A DNA stretch of 64,000 nt, taken from contig BDGG01000001.1 in assembly GCA_001949185.1 (NCBI GenBank), forward strand, positions 5,073,624 through 5,137,623. Reading direction: 5' to 3'. The stretch comes from Ramazzottius varieornatus (lineage: Eukaryota > Animalia > Tardigrada). A program made the position numbers and the translations under genes. The notes beneath the pieces are model-generated. The model made no database searches. It saw nothing but the letters and a program-made list of their open reading frames with translations, and had not been told where the DNA came from. Positions 29,780-42,662 of the stretch are shown one piece after another (within the stretch, counting starts at the first letter, position 1; every line of letters begins with the position of its first letter).

Positions 29780-30538
29780 TAGTGATGTTGGCGTAAGGGT
29801 TTTCCGACTTAATATAATTTTGATCTAATAAGCTAGGGCTGCCGGATTTCTAACATAATTTAATATAATATGCCACGACCTGGGAGCATCTAATATGATG
29901 TCAATATATTAACTTGTTTCGTGGGGTCCTTACTATTATATATTATAATATTTTTAATTCGTGTACGAACGGAGCAGGGGGGCTTTCTTCCTCAGTCCTA
30001 ACTCTGTTCTGGTGTTACCGAAGCCACGGAACTTTCCTCCGTTCATAATTTCGTGAAAAAAAAGAAACGATAAACATAGCGTTCGGAAACGCAAAACCGG
30101 ACCTAGAGAAGCGGGAACAGGCATTGTTAGTATGTAGGTGGATCGTGAAACTCATATTCCTCCATTGTTTAATCAAACGAAGTGTAACAATCAATCTATC
30201 ACCCTGAACGTTCATCAATGTGCTCTCACGTGCAGGTGCATGATGCGCTGTGATCGAACCTAGCAGCGCACTGTGCACAGTCACGCGATTCAATGGCGCG
30301 AATCAAGCCTTATTCTAATCAAACCGAAGCCGAAATCGCGGTTGATAATTCTAGTATGGAGCGCTCTGCGAGTTAATTTTAATATAATATCTTCAGCTCT
30401 GGCTCCCGTCTAATTTAATACCAATAAATATCCCACCTAGATCGAGGTATTTAATAAATATTAATATGTTATGTTAGATGCAAAAAGCATCTAATAAGTT
30501 CTAATTTAATATAATATTCATATATGCCAGCATCGCTG
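29780..30538. mobile_element. Non-autonomous hAT element (759 bp)
   Basis: TIRs tagtgatgttggcgta / tatgccagcatcgctg; perfect 8-bp TSD accgaaaa (29772-29779, 30539-30546); AT-rich subterminal aatataat repeats. Confidence 0.85.
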
Positions 30539-31320
30539 ACCGAAAAGTGGCTATCATACTGAGCTTGGTTACGGGTCTCGAGACATTGGTCTTCAAGCGC
30601 GAACGTCCAAAGACGCGACAAACTTTCTATTTTCCGGGCATCACTTTATATCTGATGAAAAAATGCGGTTTGAAATCAAACAACATCGCAGTTTTTCTAT
30701 GGTTTGAATTCGCGCAGTCGAACGTTCCCTCGTTAGTCCACTATGTTTTAGAGCGAGCCTACGGGATCTTGTCAGTCCAAACTGACCATAACTTTCAATA
30801 TTTACACTGCCGCTCCTCCGCGCTACCCGTTTCCGTTTTTCTACATTATCGACAAGCTGCGAGCGAGACGAAGGCGAAGCGAACAGCTTGTACATCTTAT
30901 GCTTACCTACTGGTGGTCACACGACTTACTGGATTGATCAATGGTGACAAGTACCACCCGACCACCCATAGGAAAACATACGACGCATTGTGGCGTTATG
31001 CCTCAGAAGTTCTCGTAGTGCGAAATCAGAAGGCTAAGAAACTGGCTTCAGGTTCGTTGTGCTGATGGCCGATGCCGCGCAATACGAACTTCAGATCGAT
31101 ATTTCCCATGAATAACAGCAAAAGACAAAAGAACTATTGATATAAATACTCCAGAAAACCAAATGATCACAACTACAGGTCAAAACAATTGCATTCCATG
31201 TCCATGACATCAATCACATCGACCGGCTTCTTGTTTTGCACAGAATGTAGAAGAAGATTCCCTGACCATATGCATAGCCATCAAAACCCGAATCTCTGAC
31301 TTTTCCGGACGGTTTGCGCA

Positions 31321-33244
31321 TCATTGTGGTTTTGGCGGACCATCGTCAACATCCATGTAGTCGTCTTTTGAGCTCACTGGAAATAAAAAGCCAGATTACT
31401 GGAAGAAGCTCCGTCTTGTCTATTCTTTTAGCAAAGTTCTTACATTCCCTCGTCACAAAACCACAACGTTCATCTGCTAACTACAGCGAAAGCAGAGTTT
31501 CTATAGAGTTTAGACAGATTTCTGCGCTATTCGAACGTCAAAAGTGTACCGTGTATGCTGGGTTCACACAGCGACAGCCGCATAGCATGGGCTAGTTGCT
31601 CTTGCTCGGTCATATTTTCCACATCAGCTCCTTCAGTGGTTGACTTCTGGACGGCAGCGTTATCTGCTTCCTCCGTTAAGACACTTCCAAACACCCCGTT
31701 TCCCCTGGGTGGTTGTGTAGGACCAACTGTGCCACCCATCTGGGCGTTTTCGCGCGCCCGCTGTTCTTCCATGGAAACCCTCAGTGCCTGCAAAAACGTT
31801 ACTGATCGGCGTGAAGGTTTCACAGAAACTTGAAGTAAGCCACACCATGGCTAGTTCAGGGTCCTCATAGTGATCCATGCCGAACGGGTCCGAACCACCT
31901 GCTGCGACAACAGGGGGTCCATCCTCTGTATGGAAGAGAACAGAGCTAGCTAGTGCTTCGACAAGCCCTTGCCCAGGCGGGACAGTCAGGAGATGAGATC
32001 TGGAAAAAAACCCAGAAACCATTGTAAAACGAAAGTTACACATGTGGAGTCCATCATCGAAAAGTATGCTGATGGTACCCTTTCGGTAATAATTCACTTC
32101 ATTTGTGTTTTATGAGCGGTTTTAACGAATTACCCAGCACCTTCCTTCCCATTTAGTGTCGCGATGAACTGCCCCAGTTTGGTGCTGTTGTCACCTTCTT
32201 GGCCAAAGCATATGACGTCGACGCTCACTTTTTCCTTTTTTAGTCGCTTGGCCGTCTTGACCAACTATGACTCAAAACAGTGCTTACAGCAGGAAGTTCG
32301 CACATCAGTACTGAAGAATGCGAGGTTACCGTACCTCCTTCTCATCTTCCGAGATGGGGCTTCCGACGAAAACAATGATGCGCATTCTGTGATTGCGTCC
32401 TTGGCGATGTTTCAGTGCTAACTGTCCGACAGGTGAATCTGTGGTTTTCAGTCTCTGGTTACGTCAAAAATAATAATAATGTCATACGTGAGCGACGCGG
32501 ATCGCGGTTTCAAAGTTGGTAGTTCCCATAGGCTGAACTTTCGACAGGATTCCGTTGATCTTGTGGAGATCTTGTGTAAGGGTAACGACAACTCGACCGC
32601 TGAAACATTCACGTGTTCAGGAGATGGGTCAATCATAAAATGCAGGAAGTGCTTCCCTGCCAGTGGTCACGTGGTATTACTGACCGTTGGGTGACGCATC
32701 AAGTCAAGTGTTCACGCGCACGGATACACCTTTTTCTTTGTACTACAATAGCAAGAATGCTTCCGTGCCGGCAGTCACTTTGTATCGGTGTCACTGAATA
32801 ATGCCACAGCGCCACATGATCACGGGCAGGGAAGCATTTTTTTTATTGTATATCCTCCGATAAACTAGGATTCACGTCTAGCACGCGCTCCCTCTGCGCT
32901 GCAGCCTTGTACAACTCAGGCATACAGGAGTGCAAAAGCATGCATCGAGGATACACAGTACAGTACAGTTACACCGAGACAACAGCCCAAGTTTTCAGCA
33001 AAACGCTTTGTCTTACTTGCTCATTGTGACTAGCCCAACATTGTTTTCCGGATGCATTCGGGTTTTTGTGGAACACACTAAACTGACTGCATCAATCTCT
33101 GCCATCAATCGTGTGGGAAAGTAATCTCCATTCCGCATGTAGTCCGAGTCGTCCACACTGTGAGAAGGTCAGCAATACTACGTAGCAAAGTATTGACAAG
33201 GCTAAAACCCTTGCTTACCAAACAATTGTACTTTCCAGAACCAT
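31321..33244 (-). CDS. PSMD4: 26S proteasome ubiquitin receptor Rpn10/PSMD4 (multi-exon)
   Basis: MVLESTIVC|[17 protein letters not shown]...PENNVGL; LALKHRQ...RIIVFVGSP; [15 protein letters not shown]; SHLLTVPPG; UIM1 [18 protein letters not shown]; UIM2 [15 protein letters not shown]. Confidence 0.93.
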
Positions 33245-33495
33245 ATTCAGCGTAGGGGTCGAAAATGTCGGAAGCTTTCTTCTGGGAAATATTCGGCTAT
33301 CTATTATAAATCAAAAGTAATGCAGCAGCGCGGTAGTCCTATGTCCCTTGGAAGTTTCAATACAATGTTTCTGCGCAACAACCCACTTTAGCTCGCTCGC
33401 TAGGAGGAGCTACAAATCACGGTAACACAAACTAAAAGGAATCAGACAGAAATCCAGTCGGTGAAGGTAATGAGTATGGCTTGTTGGCCCAGGCA
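33245..33495. promoter_or_regulatory. Probable bidirectional promoter PSMD4 / ESYT-like
   Basis: Divergent ATGs only ~250 bp apart. Confidence 0.45.
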
Positions 33496-36400
33496 ATGGG
33501 CGCACTGTTTCACGTTTCTGATCTCATATTTCACTTGAGCGGCATCTACTTCCTCGACTACGGGATTTGGATTTGGTACATCGTTATAGCAGAATTTGTT
33601 TGGTTTTTCATAAAACTGGGTATCCGATTTCGAACCAGTAAGTGTGAGATTCCTCATTTCACCGAGCTTGCACCTCAAGTTCGTGAGGAGCTACTGAGAA
33701 ACTATCCGGGTCTCCCGAGGTACATTTATCACCCTGATGTGGAGAGAGCTGAATGGTTGAACGATGTCGTGAAAAGACTGTGGACGCCGATTAATCGGAC
33801 TATACAGAAACTGTGTCGGGACCAGCTGACCGATCTGTTCAACAAAGAGATTCAGAGGAAGGTCTCGCTGAATTTCCAGTTCTTGACGGTTGACATCGGT
33901 ACTGTGCCATTTGAGGTGGCGGGGGTGAAAAGTTATTCGGACAATAGCATCCGGAATGAGCTTTGCTATGATGTCGATATCGTGTATAACGGCAATGCAA
34001 TCTTTGCATTCAAGCTAGGACCAATTCGTGCAGGGTTGAAGAATTTCAAGCTGAGAGGATCGCTCAGAGTGGTGGCTCGGCCGATTCTTAATGAGCCTCC
34101 GTTCATCGGTAAGTTAGTTTTTCAATTCGGGAGAGCCATGATATCCCAAGACAGCGCAGTTTTGCATTTGCTAACGCTGTAGCCGCGTAGCAGTACGAAA
34201 CGGATTAGAAAGTTTTATCAGATCAACCAAAGACTGCCGAGGAAATGTTTGAGATGTTGGTATGATGAGAGATTGTGAGTCGCACCTAGAGACTTTTTTT
34301 TCTTTCACAGCTCAACTGGTGTTCTATTTTTTAACTCGACCAACCATAACGTACGAATTTACCAACTTCCTCAACTTCCTCAATTACCACACGGTCGCCA
34401 ACGTTATTGATGAAACACTTCACCAGGTCCTGAATAAATTGATGGTTGCACCCAATTCCTTCAAGGTTGATCTTGTCAACAACCCTGCACAGTACGACGC
34501 GGAAGTAGACCTGCCTATTGGATACATTCGAATTCATTTGATCTCGGCTGAAGAGCTTCAGTCGACTGACCTGCAAGGCACGTGTTACCCGATAGTCCGC
34601 TTTTCCCAAGGGCAAAATATTTTGTACTCCAAGCCGGCCACGGATTCAGCGAAACCTACTTGGGACGAGTATCTGCAGCTCCCTGTTTACAGGATTGATG
34701 AGAAGCACCCACTGGAATTTCACGTGGAGGACCAAGACCCTGAGGTTAAGGTCAGTTTTGAACAGAAATAACTCGCCCCTCCACTTTGAGTTATACGAGC
34801 ACATAAGTAGAAACGAAATTACTTACGTCATCGACAGTCAGATAACAACGATGCAAGAAGACTTCACCGACCGCATTTCTACTTGTCCGTGTATATGACT
34901 CAAAAAGGGCGGGGCGAAAAGTTCAAAATGACGCGTATTTTCACGCCGAAGTTTTCCGCTATACGAATTCTCGCCAGAGTTCCAAAATTCCACGCAAAGC
35001 GCGAGATGAAAAAGTGCAGAAACGGAAACTCTGGCACGACTTTTGGGTAAAATGAGTCGGACATAGCTATAGGCACCCCTAAAAACCCTGTCTGGCCACA
35101 GGTACCCCTATCGCACCCCTCATTTATTGTTACTCTGCTATAGACACCCCTATTCAACTAAATAATTAGTAAACCCTTAACCCGGCGAATATTACGGAAT
35201 GTGTTCCTTAAAACGAGCATAGTGTTTGCTATATCGTTTGTAGCCGGCATGATTACATCTTTGTATCCTTCGTCATATGTGGGGCTGTATGCCGTCGTTC
35301 GGCATAATTGTATCCGCCACGGGCATAACATGTCTTCGAACCGAGTGCGCCGAGTCTGTTTTCAGTAACGTTTCTTCGACGGATGAGAAACACGCAGTGG
35401 AGAAATCAGCGCGTGAGGATGGAACGGAGCGTCAAGTTGTACCGGTAGTTCGGTGAAGTGCTCAAACTTATGTGATAAAGCAGCAAGCACATTACGAACA
35501 CGATAGTTATGTTGCTCATGATTATAGTACAGTCGTACTATCTGCTGGTCCAGATTTGACCTGGTTATAGAGGGTTTCCGCTGGTGACTGTCCGACTGCC
35601 AGTTTGAGTGGCGCACTCCGCCGTGAGGAGTGCGTGTACAAGTGCGCTACTTGGTACGACATCAAACTTTAGTTCGACGACCGAAACTCTGATGTTTACA
35701 CTCTCACGATCCGATGTGCGCATGTTAAGCTGCAGAAAGCATGGCAGGTGCGCCAAATCGCAGATACGGCTGACCGAAAGTGTGATGCTCACACATGGCA
35801 GTTTCGGGATTGAGTAACTTAACATGCGCCATCGGATCGTGAAAGTTCGAACATCAGAGTTTCGGTCATTGACCTAAAGTACAATGTCGTATTAAGTGGC
35901 GCACTGATGGCTCACTGATGGCTCACTGATGGCTCACTGATATACTGATACACGCACATAGTCATGCCGACTACAAACGTTACTTTGCTTAGCGTATAAT
36001 TTTGCTTACCATACGTCACGAGCTATGCGCAGACACTTAGACTTCTTGACGTGGGCGTGAGGTACATGAGCAAAGTTGCACAGTGTTGAAGCTGCACCCC
36101 TTCCGGTGCAAATATTTAATTAGTTTATCGGTTCATGAGTGAAATACATGTACTGTAGTCTTGTAGACGCAACTGTAAATCAAAATTTGCACCGGAAGGC
36201 ATGCGCCTTCGACACTGTACGCTGAGAAAAGTAAGACCTCGCTCCTCGTTCGCCATACGTTATCGACTGGCACTGGCGTTCTCGAGGTGAAATCTGGCGT
36301 GCGACTACAGCGACAACTTGTCGTGGAACCCTTCCAACATACAAGTCGAAGTTTACGACGTCATCTGGTATTATTCCAACGCGGGACAACTGGTCTGGTC

Positions 36401-39246
36401 ACTCAAAATGACCCGATGATGAGCAGCCTGGTAGCACTTGGAAGATTGCGTCGCTGAATTACGGTCCAAGCTGACTATGATTGATTATCTTTTACTGTAT
36501 TGCTACCAAATTATCGCGCACTTGACCACGTGAACAGTAAACGATGCCCGGATGAGAACCGGGAAAACCAGACTGATAACATCTAAGTAGATGCCAACAG
36601 AAAATGGCTACTTGGTAGGCGAATGGCTACAAAGGTGCAAAGGGCGGAGTTCGGTGCCAATAGAAAATGGCGATTTGCAGCCACGCCCCCATTCGCAGCG
36701 CGTTTTGTTTTCAATTTCAGATTTGATTTTGTTGACTCGGGCAGAAAGTTTTGAAATGTTTCTTTCTCTCTCACTAGAATTCATTGCCTCACCTAGGTTA
36801 GGGCTTTTCGTCTGCTGTCTAGTGCTCCCGCTAGGATGGAACTACGAAGAGTAGCCGACTACTACACAGAAGAGGCTGTGGCTGACCTGCTGGACGAGCT
36901 TGGTTTAGACCCAAACCTAGACGACCCACCGCATCGTCAGACTTTTTCGGCTGAGGTTTTTTACTGTCACTTGTCTTTGGTCAGTACGCTGTTCCTTGTT
37001 GTTCAGCAAGGGAGAACATGCTTCTACGATTCCACTTTTGGTTATAGGAAACTAAAGTTGGAAAACACCTGGTTTCAGCTTCATCGTGCCCATACTGACG
37101 TAATATAATGGCCGCCACGGCCTGCCAAGTCGCTATTTTCTATTGGCATCCACTCATCTGATCAAAGAAGACAAAGATAATTTATCACGAGGTTCAGTGC
37201 GCGATAATTTGTTTGCACTACAGTAGCTTCAGAAAATTGTCAATAGAGTCTTGCTCGCTCAAAATGAGTCCAGGTCCTCAGCTTTCGTACAATGTCACTG
37301 GTCGGCGTATGCTACTGTATGAGTGAATATACCTTGTTAGTCTCTGCCTGTGGCAACTGTAGCCATCTACGCCAAACACGTAGCGTTTGACATCGGAAAA
37401 ATTATAATACCGACACCGTGACTTCGTCAGGCGCGTCCCATAGGCAAATTTTCGTCGTTGAAATTTGCCGTTGAAATTTGCCCAATAAGAAACTGTGAAA
37501 CTGACGTCACAACTCGCGTCGGCGGCTCCGATCGATTCGAACAGCTCGTTCCGGTACCTGGATAAAACATTCTCAAGTTTTTAGTCAAAAAGAGCGGGGA
37601 GTAAGCCTGGTGCAGACAGATTAATACCGCACGACTAGTCAAGAGCATCTGAACACATTTTACCATATTTGGCGGACGAAAAACCTTTCAGTTTCAGATA
37701 TTTGCCGACCAAGTATGGTAAAAGTACTCGAACGGTTTTAACCAATCGTCTAGTGTTAATCTGTTTGCGCTAGGCTTGCTCCCTGTCATTTCTGAGTGAA
37801 AACCTCTTCGGCGCTTTTTGTGCAGGTACCGAGACGAGCCGTTCGTACCGACCGGAGCCGACGATTCAAGTGTAACATCCAAGTTCAAGTTCGACTACTT
37901 TTCTATTAGGCAAATTTTGTACGAAAAAGGTTTGCCTATGGAATGGGCCTGAACGTCGTAGGTCAAGAGCAGCCATACCGCGCAACAATACGAATCGCGC
38001 ACGAGAGAAAAGTCGTTTAACATCACAAAAACCTCCGCCATTCTTGATTTCGTACGCTGAAACGCTGGAAATGATGGACCAGTCAAAAATCTGCTTGTTA
38101 CAGGTCAGTTTGGGTCGTGGGAGGATAGACTTGTCACGGATACAAGTCAGCGGTATGCTAGAAGTTTTCCACAAACTCGACGGTGTAACCAACGGCTTTC
38201 TATACATGCAATTGGAATGGATAGAGTTATCAACTAACAAGTCCGATTTTGAGTACCAGAAAGACATCAGCCAAAAAATTAGACAGAATTCCAAAAGCCT
38301 ACTGCCCGCCGCAATTTGCTTTGTCACCGTCCAGACGGCTTCGAACCTTCCTGCTCGTAAAGACTTCTCTGACCCTAGTGCAAAGGCAATAGTAAAGTAC
38401 GGAACTTTCCAAGAGGAGACCAAAGTTGAGAAAAATAAGAAGAATCCCATCTGGCAAAGAACCTTCAACGTACCTGTCTACACGCTGGACGATGATATCA
38501 TCACAATCGATATCGTCGATGCGTTCGACGCCATAACGGCGCTTCCTATTGGGTCGTTCAGCATCCAGTTGTCCAATGTGCTGAAACAAACCAACGTTAG
38601 ACTGGACGGAATGTTCAACTTCATTCCAACGAGCCCTCTCTCAACCTTGGATATCCGCGTTATTTTTCGCACCTTCAAGTCGGGGGAATTTTCCATGTTC
38701 CCTGACGGTAGGCCGCGGCCTCCCGAACTGACTTCTTCGGCGTCAGCAACTGAATTGACATTCAAAAAGAGAAAGTCGGTACCGTCGGCTAGTACACTAT
38801 CACCGTCGAAGTCTAAACTTGATGTGTCCAAGCCGTCAAAATTCAAGACTGAAAACTCTGTTCTTAAGCCGTTAGTACTGAATGATGATTCCTCTGCATC
38901 TGCTACATCCTCTAACATGATTACTTCCACGAAAGTTGTTAGTGATTCTCCTACCGTAACCGCTGCTAGTGAGAAACCGCCTGAAATCACGAGTGCTGTG
39001 TCAATCATCAAACCTAGTGACAGCGATATTTCTACGCCGTTGGCCACTAAGGTTAGCTCTTCGTTCTGGGGTACTTCATCTACTTCCGCCACTAACACGA
39101 AACAAAAAAAAGATCAATACCTCTTCACTATCTTTGGTCACGACGTCAGGCTACCTAATATCATTCCATGCTCAACCGTGGTCAGGGAACTTAAATATGT
39201 AAAGTTCCTCGAGCTCTTGGTTCCTTACGGCACAACGTACACGTAG
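33496..39246 (+). CDS. Extended synaptotagmin-like protein (TM, SMP, C2 domains); exons ~33496-34108, 34311-34750, 37827-37968, 38104-39246
   Basis: N-terminal hydrophobic segment; LPRYIYHPDVERAEWLN (E-Syt SMP signature); GYIRIHLISAEEL (C2A); FVTVQTASNLP...SDPSAKAIVKYG...TKVEKNKKNPIWQRTF (C2). Confidence 0.85.
35235..35979. mobile_element. MITE-like element in ESYT intron
   Basis: ~21-bp inverted repeats cgtttgtagccggcatgatta / tagtcatgccgactacaaacg; no clear TSD. Confidence 0.55.
35641..35905. repeat. Nested foldback with ~90-bp arms (35641-35729 / 35818-35905), followed by an 11-bp tandem repeat (cactgatggct)x3
   Basis: Arms are reverse complements with scattered mismatches; tandem repeat at 35902-35940. 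Confidence 0.8.
36495..37223. mobile_element. pogo/Tc1-like MITE (TA flanks) containing a nested element
   Basis: TIRs ctgtattgctaccaaattatcgcgcacttgaccacgtga / tcacgaggttcagtgcgcgataatttgtttgcactacag, both flanked by TA. A related single end occurs at 47787-47830. Confidence 0.75.
36585..37155. mobile_element. Nested non-autonomous element with 4-bp TSD (Sola2-like)
   Basis: ~36-bp TIRs aagtagatgccaacagaaaatggctacttggtaggc / gcctgccaagtcgctattttctattggcatccactc (reverse complement starts GAG); ATCT duplicated at 36581-36584 and 37156-37159. Confidence 0.75.
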
Positions 39247-39247
39247 G

Positions 39248-39464
39248 CAGTGTTATTTCACTATGCAATTAAAATTATTAGAAGTCACGTGCTAATGTTA
39301 AGTCCACGTGATTAGCTGACTGTAAGTAAAGTCAATTATCGCTGACGAATTTCAATTATCAAAATTACAATTCGATTTCCCATTATGGATCAATCAATCA
39401 AGCAGAAACCAAAGATTTTAATTATTAAAATCGATTTCCTATTATAATGATTAAAATATCACTG
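39248..39464. mobile_element. hAT MITE (217 bp)
   Basis: TIRs cagtgttattt / aaatatcactg; perfect 8-bp TSD cacgtagg (39240-39247, 39465-39472). Confidence 0.85.
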
Positions 39465-40197
39465 CACGTAGGCGATCGCTAGGTACAGGCTTTTGTAGGG
39501 TTTATTTAGCCAACTGACGGTCCCGAGTCGATGCTGACTGGACTCTTATAAAACAAACACATGAACATACTGTAAGTACTTCGTGCAATACTCTAAGCAG
39601 TGTTCTGGCTAGTGCAATTACACCGGATAACATAGTTGGTAAACGCCCAGGATAAGGCATCAGCCTGGTCTTGTGTACAGGCTAACTGGTTGTGTCGATG
39701 CACCTCCCAAATTTACTATCTCGTCGTGTGGACGACGCATAGAGAATCAGCTGCGGTCCCTATCGATCACTTCTCTCATGGATGACGCCATTTTAGATTT
39801 TCCAGCGGACTATTTTGTGGATGAATTGGTCTTAACAAAAATGTTCGTTAAACGTAGACAAAATAATCTACGTTGACGAAAGCGAAAGTGGCGGATGACT
39901 TTTACAATGCAAAAGCTTGAACAGATATCTGTATATTGAGTGACATCGGCTCATACTAAAGTCATCGTACAGTTTCCCGACAAGGAATGATCATTGCCGG
40001 GAATGATAGTACGCAATGATTATTGTGCTACGAGAGTAATCAACGACAGATGGCACTGCAGAAGCTTGTTGGTGCGCTTTTACTGGCGGTTTGGAACGTA
40101 GCGTTCGCTGGTACACGTGAAATCAACAGGAAGATAATATTGCGCGTAGTGGGCGATTCAACATTAACAAGTTAAACACGACGACGTGGCTCAGAAT

Positions 40198-42430
40198 TTA
40201 CTGGACAGTGCTGCTGGTGTTATTCAGAATGCGATGCACTTTACGATCGAAAGAACTGATGAACTTCCTTCGCATTTCTCCCGCAGTGGTCATCTCACTA
40301 ATCCACAGCCGTCATCGGTGCTGGCCTTTTGGTTCCGATACTTTACTACATGATCTATAAGAAAAAATCACTAGTTAGCTGCGAAGACAGATGAAATCCG
40401 CAGAGAAGTAAAAGAGAGTGAAAAAGGAGTAATTTCATACCGTAGAATGCGTCGAAGTTGCCCGTACCGAACAGCTTTGCGAAACCTACGCCCTTGACTT
40501 TCAGCTTTGCTACTTCGATCAACTCTTCCTCTGAAATCAGAGCCTTCCACATCAAATTCTGTGCGTAGCTGTCCATGTCCTTCGCCTTCTTCACAGTCTC
40601 TTTGAGGAGTGACTGTTTCACCCAGATATCGCATTTCTTTGACCCATGGATATCCAGTCGCTGGAAGACTCTGCGGTCGACGGCTCTGGTATCTTTTGGC
40701 AGGAATGACCAGTTGACAAATGGCACTACGATTATAAACAACTAGTGAATGCTATCAGATGCCATACCATCGCACTTTGAAAACCGACGTTTTCCTTACC
40801 TGCTAACTTCGGCTTCCGTATTGCAGCCATTTCACCAGTTTTCTTGAGTAATGCCTCGAACTCTGTGAATGGTAATTTAACCAGATGAATTGAATATAAA
40901 AATAAGGGAATGCGTAGTAGGTTTTCGTTACTTTGGAGTTCTTTCCGATGTTCATCTCGTTTCGCTCGGAACTCCGCTAGCTCTTCTTCGGAGTAGCTTG
41001 GAGTGTCATCTGCTGATACAGTGCCGCCGCCTGTCAAAATCGTCAAGAAATCTTAGTCCATAGCCTCGCTGTTCTTGTTCGACCGCCTCCCATGCACAAA
41101 CCAAAATAACGCTCGGGATACAGTACCGTGCAACGAGCGTGAGCCATCTATGCTGTCGCCTTCGTCATCGACATCTGCGAAGCCACCACCTGCAGTTTAG
41201 AAAAAAAATCTACCCAGACGCCCAATCCGATTTCTTTTCAGGAGTTTGATTTTGGAATTCCTAAACTTAATTTTTATTAAAATGAACTGAGCAATATAAC
41301 AACTGACTACCACCGTACGTTTACGATTGTCCGGATCCTTATCGATATTGTAAGTGTCGTCGTCAAAGTCAGCCGCATCAATTTGCTCTTCCTCTTCTCC
41401 GGATTCATTCGACTGGGCAGCAGGAAACATGACACGGGTGAGAAGATTTGACATCTGCGATCCTTCTGTCTCACTCTCTTCGTTGACGAAAGATTCCATC
41501 CCTGACTCGTCCCCGCTTTCAAGGGAAACCGCTTTCCGAACCGGCGCTTTCTTTGGTCCTGGAGCATGCTCGTCGGCGGAATCGCTGTCTGGAGCCGTAT
41601 CCTTCTCAGAGTCCGATAGACGAGCTGCGCCTGCTTTATTCAATCGGCTGCGGTTGAGTGCTGACCGCTTCACCCGAACATTTTCCGTCCTTGCCGAATG
41701 CTTCATTCTGTGGCCCGCCTTCGGCTTCACGTTCTTTTTCTGAAAAACATAAGCCGCATCAACTTGCGCACTTGCGCAGGCAACAGCCTATTACGGGTTT
41801 GAGGGTTTACGGGCTGAAAAATTTGGAAGTATTTGCAACTGGGAGCGCACTTGGCACCTTTGGAAAGTACCTTATTCTTTGCCGCCTGTTCTTTTGCGTT
41901 CTGTTCGAGAGTGGTGAATAGCATGTTCATCCTAGCTTGGTCAGTGTCCACAGAAATGACAGTTGCCTTTCCGACAGGGTGAGCAGTGTCCCAGTAGACA
42001 CGAACTTTCATCCCAACGGCCATAATTTCCTTGCTTTTGAAAGCGTCGATGAACCGATACTGCGGCAGAATAATGTCCGCACTGATGCTGGTGGGTGGCA
42101 GAAGGTAGTAACTCCCATCGTCGTAGTGGCAAAGACCCCAGTCTGTAAAATACGAATAGTCAGTAAATAGGTTTGTCGCAAGATGTCATACCGTTTGAAG
42201 GTGACAATGGGAAGAATCATACATCCACCATCTTGCGTGTTTTTGAGCACTGTCTTGAAATAATTCGGTATAACCGCTGAAGATTCCGGATCCGATGTCC
42301 TGTAGTCCCTCCGTTTTCGCTTTCGAGTCTGATTGGAAGAATCTATCGTAGAGTGAGCAGGGGATTACAGGAATGAAATAATTTAAATCCAGGAAAGAAA
42401 ACTTAGCCGTTGGTTCCGACCATCACCATG
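40198..42430 (-). pseudogene. CACTA-associated accessory gene with acidic linker and C-terminal BEN-like domain (multi-exon, frameshifted)
   Basis: Divergent from the transposase. Exons include KVRVYWDTAHPVGKATVISV, an acidic tract, and SYAQNLMWKALISEEEL...NFDAFYDHVVKY...MRRKFISSF, resembling the BEN helical pattern. Confidence 0.5.
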
Positions 42431-42662
42431 TGCAACTTGCAGGTTGTTCTGGCTGAACGCTGCTTTATGGCTGTGCGTAAACTATCCCTCCACACTTGGC
42501 ATTGCCACTCTAGACACACACGTCCAAATACCCGTGACTTCTCGAAACTTCAACGAACGCAAAAAGACAGAATGAACAGAACCACACCCGCATTACGTCA
42601 TTGACCGTATCGACATGGTTTATGGTCATTCTTAAGAAACTGAGTTTCCTTTACCCCCATAG

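Noticed and set aside
38478-39098. Long antisense ORFs opposite real exons (also 14037-14528, 41354-41743, 52976-53494)
   Set aside because: Shadow frames of coding or low-complexity sequence with no independent evidence.
39619-39635. CACTA terminus (caccggataac) pairing with gctatccggg at ~63888
   Set aside because: Short, imperfect match, and the partner lies inside the hAT gene.
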